Shown here: positions 9,115-17,492 of the stretch, piece after piece
Numbering within the stretch: position 1 is the first letter of the stretch
How the letters are laid out: each line of letters starts with the position of its first letter
DNA from: a plasmid
DNA length: 64,000 bases
Sequence record: CP113993.1
Strand: one strand, 5' to 3'
Notes under the pieces: model-generated
Databases searched by the model: none
What the model was told of the DNA's origin: nothing
What the model saw: only the letters and a program-made list of their open reading frames with translations
Program-made: the position numbers and the translations under genes

Positions 9115-9705
9115 TTACGGAGCGGCACTTTCATTTATCTGTACGCGAACCTCCATTCCTGCATCGTGACAGGCCTGCAGCCACTGTGCCACTTCCAGCG
9201 GATCGCCCTCCCGGCGTACCACCCTGCCTTCTTTATTCCATAACTGCAGACAGGTGCTGCCGTCGAGACGCACCACAAAATCCCCACGGCAGGCCTGATA
9301 CGTTATGCCGTTCAGCTGCACCGCCAGATCAGTGGCAGAAGTGCCGTCTGCGGGCAGACCTGCTGCCGGGACCAGCGGCAGTACGACGACTTCTGCCGCA
9401 CGCTGTTCTGCCCGGAGGCGGTCCTGTTCTGCCAGCAGCAGAGGCTGTGCCACGGCCCGGCCGGCGTCCGTCAGCTCCACTGCCAGCTGCAGGTTCGGAG
9501 CGCGCAGGGTACGCAGCCAGCCGGCGTCCTCCAGACGACGGCAGGAGGCGCGCAGGTTTGGCCCGTAGACCGGGGCTTCCCCGCTTCGCTCCAGCACCCG
9601 TTCTATGTCCCGCGTCAGCACGGGTCCTGGCCGTTTTTCATCAAGGGCAGCCAGCACAATCAGCACTCTCCGCTGCAGTGGCGACGGTCGGCGGCTCTGG
9701 GTCAT
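9115..9705 (-). CDS. Hypothetical protein with an N-terminal winged-helix-like DNA-binding region; GC-rich (about 65%)
   Basis: The 196-aa ORF begins LQRRVLIVLAALDEK...PVLTRDIERVL...LEDAGWLRT. It is overlap-coupled (ATGA) to the upstream 85-aa ORF, and its GC content is much higher than its flanks. Confidence 0.5.
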   Translation of the reverse strand: MTQSRRPSPLQRRVLIVLAALDEKRPGPVLTRDIERVLERSGEAPVYGPNLRASCRRLEDAGWLRTLRAPNLQLAVELTDAGRAVAQPLLLAEQDRLRAEQRAAEVVVLPLVPAAGLPADGTSATDLAVQLNGITYQACRGDFVVRLDGSTCLQLWNKEGRVVRREGDPLEVAQWLQACHDAGMEVRVQINESAAP

Positions 9706-9962
9706 TACCTGTCATCCTCCGGCCAGATGAGCTTTCTGAGGCGCTGAAAGTCGGCGTCAATGAGCTCCTGTCTCTTTATGGCATTCATTGAGGCATAGCC
9801 ATTTATGGCCAGTTCATGCCAGAAGATCAGCACGGCTCCGGCTTTGGCTGACTCGCAGAGATAAATCGCGCCCTGGCTGTCCAGATTGCATTCCCGGATG
9901 CGTCGTTCCGCAAACCGGGTCAGTTGTTCATAGCTGAGTGAAAACGTCATTTCCTGATCCAT
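9705..9962 (-). CDS. Hypothetical 85-aa protein, first gene of the GC-rich two-gene operon
   Basis: Its stop overlaps the start of the 196-aa gene. It follows the palindrome-rich divergent promoter region. Confidence 0.45.
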   Translation of the reverse strand: MDQEMTFSLSYEQLTRFAERRIRECNLDSQGAIYLCESAKAGAVLIFWHELAINGYASMNAIKRQELIDADFQRLRKLIWPEDDR

Positions 9963-9995
9963 CCTGCACGCTCCATCTGATAATGTTCTGACAGG

Positions 9996-10121
9996 TAAAA
10001 ATCATATCATGTATGATTTGTGTACTTTTGATTTCTGATAATATCAGATATTGTTTCATTTTTAATGATGAAAATCATATCTGATATGATTTTATGTATA
10101 TTTCTTAATTATCATATCATT
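9996..10121. promoter_or_regulatory. Array of related palindromic operator-like sites (AAAATCATATC-N-GATATGATTTT family) in a divergent promoter region
   Basis: A perfect 23-bp palindrome lies at 10069-10091. An imperfect copy is at 9996-10017, TCTGATAATATCAGA is at 10032-10046, and a half-site ATCATATCA is at 10107-10121. Confidence 0.5.
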
Positions 10122-10249
10122 TGCGTCTTTTCTGCCGCGCAGATCCGGTTTCCGGCTTAAATGGATCTCTTGTACTCACTGACAGGAAGGTTTTACATTC
10201 ACATAAATAATTCCCTTTCACTTACGCCTGCCTGATAAAGGAACCTTGC

Positions 10250-11371
10250 ATGAATTTTTATGTGGATGAAACCGGTCATACCGGTCCAAATCTGTTTGAC
10301 CGCACCCAGCGTGTTCTATCTTACGGCGTTCTGTCCTCACCCGATGACCTGGACAAGGTGGCCGAATCTGAACTGGCCAGTTTGCGCAAAAAGCTGGGCG
10401 TACAGCGCCTTCACGCTGCTGAGCTGGGCATGTATCGCCTTGATGATGTGGTCGATACGCTGCTGGTTCTGCAGAAGAAGCACCGGATACGGTTTGATGT
10501 CTGGCAGGTGGTTAAACGGGATCACGCCATTATTTCGTTCTTTGATCAGGTATTTGATCAGGGACTGAATCCTGCGGTGCCTTGGAGCGCCTACTGGACG
10601 CCACTGCGTTATCCGTTGCTGCTGAATTTAGCAAATCTGTTTGATGACGACCTGGCTGAAAAATCATGGCGAGCCCGGCTCGAGGCACATGATGAACGTT
10701 CTTCCTCTCTTTTCAGCGAAGTTTGTAACGTGTTGCTTCAGCGGGTTCATACTTTGGGTGACGCTCGCTCAGTTGAACTGATAACGGATGCGCTGTCTTG
10801 GGCGATGATGAATTTTGATAAATTGGGGTACAATTGCAAAACTAACAAACAAAAGTTGCAGATCATGCCTAATATGATCGGTTTTCAGTCTGTATTACAC
10901 GGTATTTGCTCCCGTTTAGGGGCACCAAACAGAAAAGCAAATATCATTGTGGATCAGCAGTCACAGTTTAATACCACTCAACGGGAACTGAACGATCTTT
11001 ATTTCAAGATTCGCGAACAACCGTGGGAACTTGGACCTGGATTGCCCGTCATGGATATGAAGAACATGCCAGCTGAACCACTTGTCTTCCTGTCGGGTAC
11101 GCAAAGCGCAGGGCTGGAGCTGGTTGATATTTATCTCTGGACTTTCAAGCGGTTTATGGAAGATAAGGAGCTGACCAAGCCTCTTACGCGCCTTGTTTAT
11201 ACAAATCTTAAGACTGCCAGAACAGACAACGTTTCCCTGCAGTCAGTTGGAAAACGTTTTAAGGAATTTTTTGAAAATAAACCTGAGCCTACAGCAGAGA
11301 AAATGGCTCAGGTACGTGAGCTGCGTGAATTAGAAGAGGCCAGACGTATGCCATATGTGATGTCCAAATAA
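10250..11371 (+). CDS. DUF3800-like protein (tentative; N-terminal FYVDETGHTG motif)
   Basis: The 373-aa ORF has an N-terminal Y-x-DE-[ST]-G signature that I associate with DUF3800. There is no other recognisable domain. Confidence 0.45.
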   Translation: MNFYVDETGHTGPNLFDRTQRVLSYGVLSSPDDLDKVAESELASLRKKLGVQRLHAAELGMYRLDDVVDTLLVLQKKHRIRFDVWQVVKRDHAIISFFDQVFDQGLNPAVPWSAYWTPLRYPLLLNLANLFDDDLAEKSWRARLEAHDERSSSLFSEVCNVLLQRVHTLGDARSVELITDALSWAMMNFDKLGYNCKTNKQKLQIMPNMIGFQSVLHGICSRLGAPNRKANIIVDQQSQFNTTQRELNDLYFKIREQPWELGPGLPVMDMKNMPAEPLVFLSGTQSAGLELVDIYLWTFKRFMEDKELTKPLTRLVYTNLKTARTDNVSLQSVGKRFKEFFENKPEPTAEKMAQVRELRELEEARRMPYVMSK

Positions 11372-11413
11372 CCTTTTAATACCGGTTATATATTAGCGTT
11401 TATCTGTACCCTC

Positions 11414-11905
11414 TTAAGAACAGGTAGTAGATTTGACCTGTAAACAGCTTCTACTACATTTTTTTCTATCATTCATTGACGTCCACAAATCTAGGATTTG
11501 AGCATCGCTATTCATCGCCACGTCATGCAGAAACAAAAAGAATTCCCCTTCATTATCTCCCAGATGCGAATCGAGATAACGTAACAACCACACTGCATGC
11601 ATCAAAACATGACGTTGTTTCCGTTGCAGACGCTTTAACGGGAGGCGTATCGTCATATCATCCAGTTTGCGAGTCTCCTGAGAGAGTGGCTGCAGCATGT
11701 TTCTCAGTCCTGATTTTAGCTCCTGTATGGGTGCGCTCACGCTGAACAATCTACTGGTACCGAGCAGCGTATCTTCCATCATTCTGTGGACCTTTTGGCT
11801 CTGATCTTTGGATGCATGATATTGTTTAAAATGATACTCAACATAAGTGCCCGCTACATTTAGTCCAACTTTGGTAAATTGACCAAGTAATTCTTCAGTA
11901 TTCAT
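11414..11905 (-). CDS. Hypothetical protein (163 aa from MNTEELLGQF)
   Basis: The ORF has an RBS-proximal ATG and no recognisable motif. Confidence 0.4.
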   Translation of the reverse strand: MNTEELLGQFTKVGLNVAGTYVEYHFKQYHASKDQSQKVHRMMEDTLLGTSRLFSVSAPIQELKSGLRNMLQPLSQETRKLDDMTIRLPLKRLQRKQRHVLMHAVWLLRYLDSHLGDNEGEFFLFLHDVAMNSDAQILDLWTSMNDRKKCSRSCLQVKSTTCS

Positions 11906-12460
11906 AAAAATCTCCTTATTTGAAGGTAAATGACCATGTGATGTGGTCGACGGAGTAAATGTATACTGTTTTAGCATTTAGTGCTATGTGTTTTTGCAAA
12001 AAGTGCTAAATTCAATTTCAGTCGTTGACTTTTGTTTTTATGTTTATTTTCTGTCCTGCTTTTCTGCCAAGATCCGATTTCCGGTTGTTCAGGATCTTCC
12101 TCTCCCTCCGCACAGCGCCATCTCCCGTCAGCACAACATGTAGTGCTGAATTCAGCTGCTAATGACACTATATGTTGTGTCATCTCCCTGACCTGTGATG
12201 CGCCGCGCAGGGGGCGGAAAACAGCGATATGATGATTTTCTCAGCGTGGTACACTTCCGGAAACCCGTCAATAACAGAAAAATCGGATCATCTGAAAACT
12301 ACTGTTCGGTAATTTAATGGAGTGGTTATATGCCTGATTATTATTTCAGTATGTGAAATTCATTTTTGTGAAAGTCACTTTCTCAACAGAGTGGCACTCA
12401 TCTGGCGATGATTGAGGTGTGGTAAAATTGCACGGCTAACTATTCAACTGAGGAAAGGAC

Positions 12461-12811
12461 ATGTTTACTGCATTCAATGAGAGAAATGATTTCAGTTATG
12501 CTTTTGAAAAAATCCGTAATGCGATTTCCGCGCCAGGAGAAAATAATGTTTATGCTGCAACAGAATTAGGTCTTGGCATTCTGCTCCGTAAATACGAGCA
12601 GTTTCGCCGGGAGCTGGATGTGGCCGGTGAGCTGGGAAACTGGGAATACGATCTCGATACCTACAATCACTGTATTGCGGTGCTGCAACGTTACTTCACT
12701 GGCAATCCATCCGGACTGACAGAACGTGACGCCCGGATTTACAGTCAGTACCTGCAGACTGAGCACAAAGGGTTTGTGAAGCTGGCTGAAGAACTGGCGG
12801 CTGACCGCTGA
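12461..12811 (+). CDS. Hypothetical 116-aa protein, first gene of a three-gene operon with the HEPN-like protein and the recombinase
   Basis: The ORF lies in the same orientation as the 273-aa gene, 58 bp upstream of it. Confidence 0.4.
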   Translation: MFTAFNERNDFSYAFEKIRNAISAPGENNVYAATELGLGILLRKYEQFRRELDVAGELGNWEYDLDTYNHCIAVLQRYFTGNPSGLTERDARIYSQYLQTEHKGFVKLAEELAADR

Positions 12812-12869
12812 ATACATACAGTAGGCGGGATTTCTTCTTTATTAAGACACTATAAGAGGTCACAGCAAT

Positions 12870-13691
12870 ATGGGTTGCATGAAGGAATATATGCAGGATC
12901 TGGAAGCTGAACGGTTTGATGAATGGCTTGAGGAGAATTACCCGGATGTTAATCCCAACTCTGAAGAATGGGAGCAGGCCGCGAACCTGTACTGCTGGGA
13001 GCAGGAAGCGCTGGCCGATCAGGCTCAGTGGGAACATGAACACGGGCTCTTTGTGGCTTCCCTGAACAATGTTCATCTGCGTTACATACACGCAAAGGAG
13101 GAGCTGAAGAAGCTGTATACCCTACTCGATAAGGAGCAGCCTGAACTGGTGTACAGGATGTCTTTCGTCCATGCAGTGACTGTAATGGAGGCGTACCTGA
13201 TGTACTGCGCCAGGGCTCTGCTTGAGCATGACTGGCCCCTTAAACGTTTCCTTAATGAGTACTATCTGAAATCCGCACCTAAGGTCACTAATAAAGATAA
13301 AACCGCCGCCCGCACAATGGATGTTGAACTGTTCAGGCCTGCAGCCCGAAATTATGTTTCCCGAATGACATTTCATAACGTTAAAACCATTGAGCGCTAT
13401 TTCGGGGCCGTGCTGCACATCCCTCCCGTCTGGCCAACTGAGCCACTGGGCATCATCTCAGACTGGCGAAATGATCTTGTACACCGCAACGGCGTGGATG
13501 AACATGATGTGCCACGGGGGATATCAGCACAGCAGCTGCAGAATACCCTGCAGAAAGTATCGGACCTGATAGAGGCTGCTGACATATCCCTGCGTCAGGA
13601 AGTTGACTATTTCGGTAACTGGCGTAATGAGGAAAACCGGGCAATCATCGCATCAGCACTGAATATATCGCCAGTCGGAGAGTCACACTGA
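12870..13691 (+). CDS. Hypothetical protein with a HEPN-like R-N-x-x-x-H motif (RNDLVH, residues 200-205)
   Basis: The Rx4H motif is embedded in a predicted helical C-terminal half. Its stop TGA overlaps the recombinase ATG (cacTGATGacc). Confidence 0.45.
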   Translation: MGCMKEYMQDLEAERFDEWLEENYPDVNPNSEEWEQAANLYCWEQEALADQAQWEHEHGLFVASLNNVHLRYIHAKEELKKLYTLLDKEQPELVYRMSFVHAVTVMEAYLMYCARALLEHDWPLKRFLNEYYLKSAPKVTNKDKTAARTMDVELFRPAARNYVSRMTFHNVKTIERYFGAVLHIPPVWPTEPLGIISDWRNDLVHRNGVDEHDVPRGISAQQLQNTLQKVSDLIEAADISLRQEVDYFGNWRNEENRAIIASALNISPVGESH

Positions 13692-14470
13692 TGACCGGAC
13701 TCGTTACCTTGGGGCAGCTGCCAGGAACGGCAGCTCAGTTGCCTGTGTCCATCGACTATCCGGCGGCGCTGGCCCTGCGCCAGATGGCTCTCGTTCAGGA
13801 CGAACTGCCCAGATACCTGCTGGCTCCGGAAGTGAGCGCCCTGCTCCACTATGTTCCCGATCTGCACCGCAAGATGCTGCTGGCAACACTGTGGAATACG
13901 GGCGCGCGTATTAATGAGGCACTGGCGCTGACTCGGAGTGATTTTTCGCTCACGCCTCCATATCCGTTTGTGCAGCTGGCCACTCTGAAGCAGCGGACCG
14001 AAAAAGCAGCCAGGACGGCAGGAAGAATGCCAGCCGGTCAGCAGACTCACCGGCTGGTTCCGCTCTCCGACGCCTGGTACGTCAGCCAGCTGCAGACGAT
14101 GGTGGCCACACTGAAAATCCCCATGGAACGGCGTAATAAACGAACAGGCAGGACAGAGAAAGCGCGGATCTGGGAAGTGACGGACAGAACGGTCAGGACC
14201 TGGATTGCGGAGGCGGTTGCCGCCGCTGCCGCTGATGGTGTGACGTTCTCTGTCCCGGTCACGCCACATACGTTCCGCCATTCCTATGCGATGCATATGC
14301 TGTATGCCGGTATACCGCTGAAGGTCCTGCAGAGTCTGATGGGGCATAAGTCCATCAGCTCAACGGAGGTCTACACGAAGGTGTTTGCACTGGATGTGGC
14401 TGCACGGCACCGAGTGCAGTTTTCGATGCCTGAGTCCGATGCGGTGTCTATGCTCAAAAGAATTCCATAA
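13691..14470 (+). CDS. Tyrosine site-specific recombinase (plasmid resolvase, ResD/Xer-like)
   Basis: The product has an R...HxxR...Y catalytic region (HTFRHSYAMHMLYAG...LMGHKSISSTEVYTKV) and is 259 aa. Confidence 0.85.
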   Translation: MTGLVTLGQLPGTAAQLPVSIDYPAALALRQMALVQDELPRYLLAPEVSALLHYVPDLHRKMLLATLWNTGARINEALALTRSDFSLTPPYPFVQLATLKQRTEKAARTAGRMPAGQQTHRLVPLSDAWYVSQLQTMVATLKIPMERRNKRTGRTEKARIWEVTDRTVRTWIAEAVAAAAADGVTFSVPVTPHTFRHSYAMHMLYAGIPLKVLQSLMGHKSISSTEVYTKVFALDVAARHRVQFSMPESDAVSMLKRIP

Positions 14471-14479
14471 GCTCTGACT

Positions 14480-14600
14480 TTTTTAAATCCCTTTCGGATA
14501 TCTCATGGATATATTATCGGTATTTCATATTCTGTTGACATGCAGGACCGGTATAGAGTAAAAAACATCTATTGAGTACCTCTTGGATATCCGAAAGGTG
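14480..14600. promoter_or_regulatory. Inverted repeats CCTTTCGGATATC / GATATCCGAAAGG flanking a promoter-like region; candidate res site and/or parFG operator
   Basis: Perfect 13-bp inverted repeats lie about 90 bp apart, between the recombinase and the parA-like gene. GGATAYC-type motifs recur at 15300-15375 and 15690-15715. Confidence 0.4.
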
Positions 14601-14648
14601 TCTTATGGGGTCTTTATGGGTATTACATGTGGATTCTGGAGATACACT

Positions 14649-15293
14649 ATGCCTGTTATTGCTAATACGCATCCCAAAGGTGGTGTGGGTAAGACAACTT
14701 CATCCGTAAACATTGTTGGTGAAATGAAGTCTGATACAGTTGATCTGGATACTCATACCGGGCTTTCTATCATTCTGGGGCTGAGACCTGAAGGAAAAGA
14801 AATTTCCGTGAAAGTACCCAAAACAGTGGATGAGTTAATCGAAATTATGACTCCCTACAAGAACAGCGATAAGACGTTACTTATTGACTGTGGGGGATTT
14901 GACTCAGATCTTACCCGTACTGCGATTGCCTTTGCAGACTGCGTTATTGTCCCTTCAAAAGACTCCCTGACTGAACGTATTGGTTTGATGCATTTTGATG
15001 GAGTACTGGACGAAATCAGCTCTATCATGGGGACCGATATAACTGCTCACCTGTATCTCTGTAAAGTTAATCCTAACAAGAAGAAATTCCCTAAGCTTGA
15101 TGCAATCCTGCCATCGTTCAAACATCTGAAGCTGATGAAGAGCCGCATTTCTGCTCGTGCAGAATTTGAGGATGTCATTGAGACTGGGATGGGAATCACT
15201 GAGTCTGTTCATGGGCGCTATTCGGCAGGAGGTAAGGAAGTTATTGCCCTGATCGAAGAAATCAATCATCTGATTGAAAATAACAAACAGTAA
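14649..15293 (+). CDS. parA: ParA/ParF-type partition ATPase (deviant Walker A)
   Basis: The N-terminus reads MPVIANTHPKGGVGKTT, and the protein is small (about 214 aa). Confidence 0.85.
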   Translation: MPVIANTHPKGGVGKTTSSVNIVGEMKSDTVDLDTHTGLSIILGLRPEGKEISVKVPKTVDELIEIMTPYKNSDKTLLIDCGGFDSDLTRTAIAFADCVIVPSKDSLTERIGLMHFDGVLDEISSIMGTDITAHLYLCKVNPNKKKFPKLDAILPSFKHLKLMKSRISARAEFEDVIETGMGITESVHGRYSAGGKEVIALIEEINHLIENNKQ

Positions 15294-15379
15294 GGTGTGT
15301 CTATTGGGTATCCATATAGTATCCTTTGGGCTTTTGATGGATATCTTTTAAGTATCTAACAAACATCCTGGGTTATCTC

Positions 15380-15688
15380 ATGAGCAAAGTGAAATTTAGT
15401 GCACAGGCTGAAAAACTGAAAAACCTGGTGGATTCTGCCAGATTACAAACTTCTTCTTCTGCCGTAACAGCAACAGCCCCGTCTCAGCCAAATGAAGGTG
15501 CAGAGGTAGTTTCAGGCCGTCCCGTGGCTGCCAGGACGAAGGCTAAGAATCTTAAGGCCATACCGCTGTCGTATTTTGAAGCTCATGCGGAACTTAAAGC
15601 GACCAGTAAAACATCTCTGGATTTTAGCTCATATATTATTGAGGCTATAAGAGAGAAGCTTGAACGTGATGGTGCAATAGGTCAATAA
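15380..15688 (+). CDS. ParG-like ribbon-helix-helix partition/centromere-binding protein
   Basis: The 102-aa ORF lies downstream of parA. It has a disordered N-terminus and a C-terminal RHH-like segment (SLDFSSYIIEAIREKLERD). Confidence 0.55.
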   Translation: MSKVKFSAQAEKLKNLVDSARLQTSSSAVTATAPSQPNEGAEVVSGRPVAARTKAKNLKAIPLSYFEAHAELKATSKTSLDFSSYIIEAIREKLERDGAIGQ

Positions 15689-15879
15689 ACTATCGGATAC
15701 CTTAAGGGTATCTGATGTGTGTCTTTTAAATGCGTTATGGGGATTCTTCACGTACCTAAAGAGTCCCCATTAGACATCTTTCTGTTTATGGTGACATGAT
15801 TCGTCACCGCTTTCCTTTCCTCTCAGTTTCACCATTTCATTCCTTTTCCCTTAACCTGAACCATGATGTCCACGATGTT

Positions 15880-16075
15880 TTTATATTGCATTTATGTATC
15901 ACATATAACCTTCATAATGTTTTTGTATCTATGATTTCCTCTGGTCTTAAAGTTGTGTGTACAATGTACATGTAATTTATCGTGTTTTTATGTTGCATTT
16001 GTCCTTTCGGAAAGACCGTTTTTTCATTATAATTGAATATACATTGCATGTATGAAGCATGTTTGTTTTTTCTAT
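15880..16075. repeat. parC-like centromere/operator iterons upstream of parM (TTGCATTTATGTA / TGTACATGTAA / TTGCATTTGT / CATTGCATGTATG)
   Basis: Multiple roughly 11-bp related repeats lie in an AT-rich region immediately 5' of the actin-like ATPase gene. Confidence 0.5.
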
Positions 16076-16101
16076 TTGTTTATGAGCAACGGAGACTGGT
16101 T

Positions 16102-17082
16102 ATGAAAATCTTTATTGATGATGGTTCTACCAACATTAAACTTGCCTGGTTGGAGGATGGTGACGTGAAAACGTTAATCAGCCCTAACAGCTTTAAACCG
16201 GAATGGTCTTTTAGTTTACTGGATGATGCTGCTCCGGCTAATTACGAGATCGACGGCGAGAAGTTTTCATTTGATCCATTAAGTGCTGATGCTGTCGTAA
16301 CGACTGAAACACGCTATCAGTACAGTGATGTGAATGTTGTGGCCATTCAGCATGCGCTACAGCAGACCGGCCTGAAAGCGCAGCCTGTTGATGTCATCGT
16401 CACATTGCCGATCTCTGAATACCTTGACGCCAACAATCAGAAAAATAAGCAAAACATTGAAAGAAAGAAAAAAAATGTGATGCGTGAAGTACGGGTGCAG
16501 GGGAGTGATGCATTTGTTATTCGCAGTGTTTCTGTTCTTCCTGAAAGTATTCCCGCTGGTTTCAGTGTTCTTGCGGGGCTTGAGGATGATGAATCCCTTT
16601 TGATCGTAGATCTCGGTGGTACAACTCTTGATGTGTCGCATGTTCGTAGCAAAATGACAGGGATTACAAAAACCTGGTGTGATCCGAATATCGGCGTGTC
16701 CCTGATTACATCCGGGGTTAAGGAACAGATGGCTGTACATGCTAATACAAGAGTGAGCTCATTCCAGGCTGACAATATCATTGTGCACCGTAATGAACCT
16801 GACTACCTTTCCCGTCGCATTTATAATGCTGAACAGCGTGAGTCTATCATTAATGTTATCAATGAACGGCAGAAGTTGCTTATTAAACGAGTTAATGATG
16901 TCATCAGCCGTTTCACCGACTATACACATGTAATGTGTGTTGGTGGTGGGGCTGAAATTGTGGCCGAGGCTGTGAAGAACCTGACTAAGGTTCCTGATGA
17001 GCGCTTTTATCTGAGCTCATCCCCGCAGTTTGATTTAGTCATGGGAATGATAAAAATGAAAGGTGGTGTGACTAATGAGTGA
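16102..17082 (+). CDS. parM: ParM/StbA actin-like plasmid segregation ATPase
   Basis: MKIFIDDGSTNIKLAW and the overall match to R1 ParM / R100 StbA (DLGGTT, VGGGAE motifs). Confidence 0.9.
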   Translation: MKIFIDDGSTNIKLAWLEDGDVKTLISPNSFKPEWSFSLLDDAAPANYEIDGEKFSFDPLSADAVVTTETRYQYSDVNVVAIQHALQQTGLKAQPVDVIVTLPISEYLDANNQKNKQNIERKKKNVMREVRVQGSDAFVIRSVSVLPESIPAGFSVLAGLEDDESLLIVDLGGTTLDVSHVRSKMTGITKTWCDPNIGVSLITSGVKEQMAVHANTRVSSFQADNIIVHRNEPDYLSRRIYNAEQRESIINVINERQKLLIKRVNDVISRFTDYTHVMCVGGGAEIVAEAVKNLTKVPDERFYLSSSPQFDLVMGMIKMKGGVTNE

Positions 17083-17491
17083 TGAAAATAAATCCAGACG
17101 CTGCTCATTTGAACTTTTCCCGGATGAACGGACAGGAGATAAGATAGCAGATGAGCTCATTGCAAATGAAAAACTGAAGGAGCGGGGACGTTTCATGCGC
17201 GCGATGTTAGTTACTGGTGCGGCGTTTGCAGCTATAGATAAACGTCTTCCTTTGCTGATATCGGAGTTACTGACAGAAAATACGACTCTGGATGATATTA
17301 ATAAGGTGATTTCCAGCGTAATACCAGGTGCTTTTTCGGTTGAAAAGAAATTGCTTGAATTACTGGAAAAACAATCTGGTCTCCATACGTCTGTGGATTG
17401 CAGTACTCCTCTTACAGAGCAGAGTCTGTCGAGAAATGACGGTGAAGACCAGACCAGAAGAAACGCTGAAAATATGTTCGGAGATGACTGA
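17075..17491 (+). CDS. parR: ParR/StbB adaptor protein
   Basis: The ORF overlaps the parM stop. Its similarity to StbB includes FELFPDE...DKI, LLISELLT and an acidic C-terminus. Confidence 0.75.
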   Translation: MSDENKSRRCSFELFPDERTGDKIADELIANEKLKERGRFMRAMLVTGAAFAAIDKRLPLLISELLTENTTLDDINKVISSVIPGAFSVEKKLLELLEKQSGLHTSVDCSTPLTEQSLSRNDGEDQTRRNAENMFGDD

Positions 17492-17492
17492 A

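Noticed and set aside
9099-9791. 230-aa plus-strand ORF antisense to the GC-rich 196-aa gene
   Set aside because: It is Pro/Arg/Ala-rich and of low complexity, typical of a spurious frame in high-GC DNA. The minus-strand pair has coupling and sensible composition.
13607-14347. 246-aa minus-strand ORF overlapping the recombinase gene
   Set aside because: It is antisense to a well-supported tyrosine recombinase, with no RBS and biased composition.
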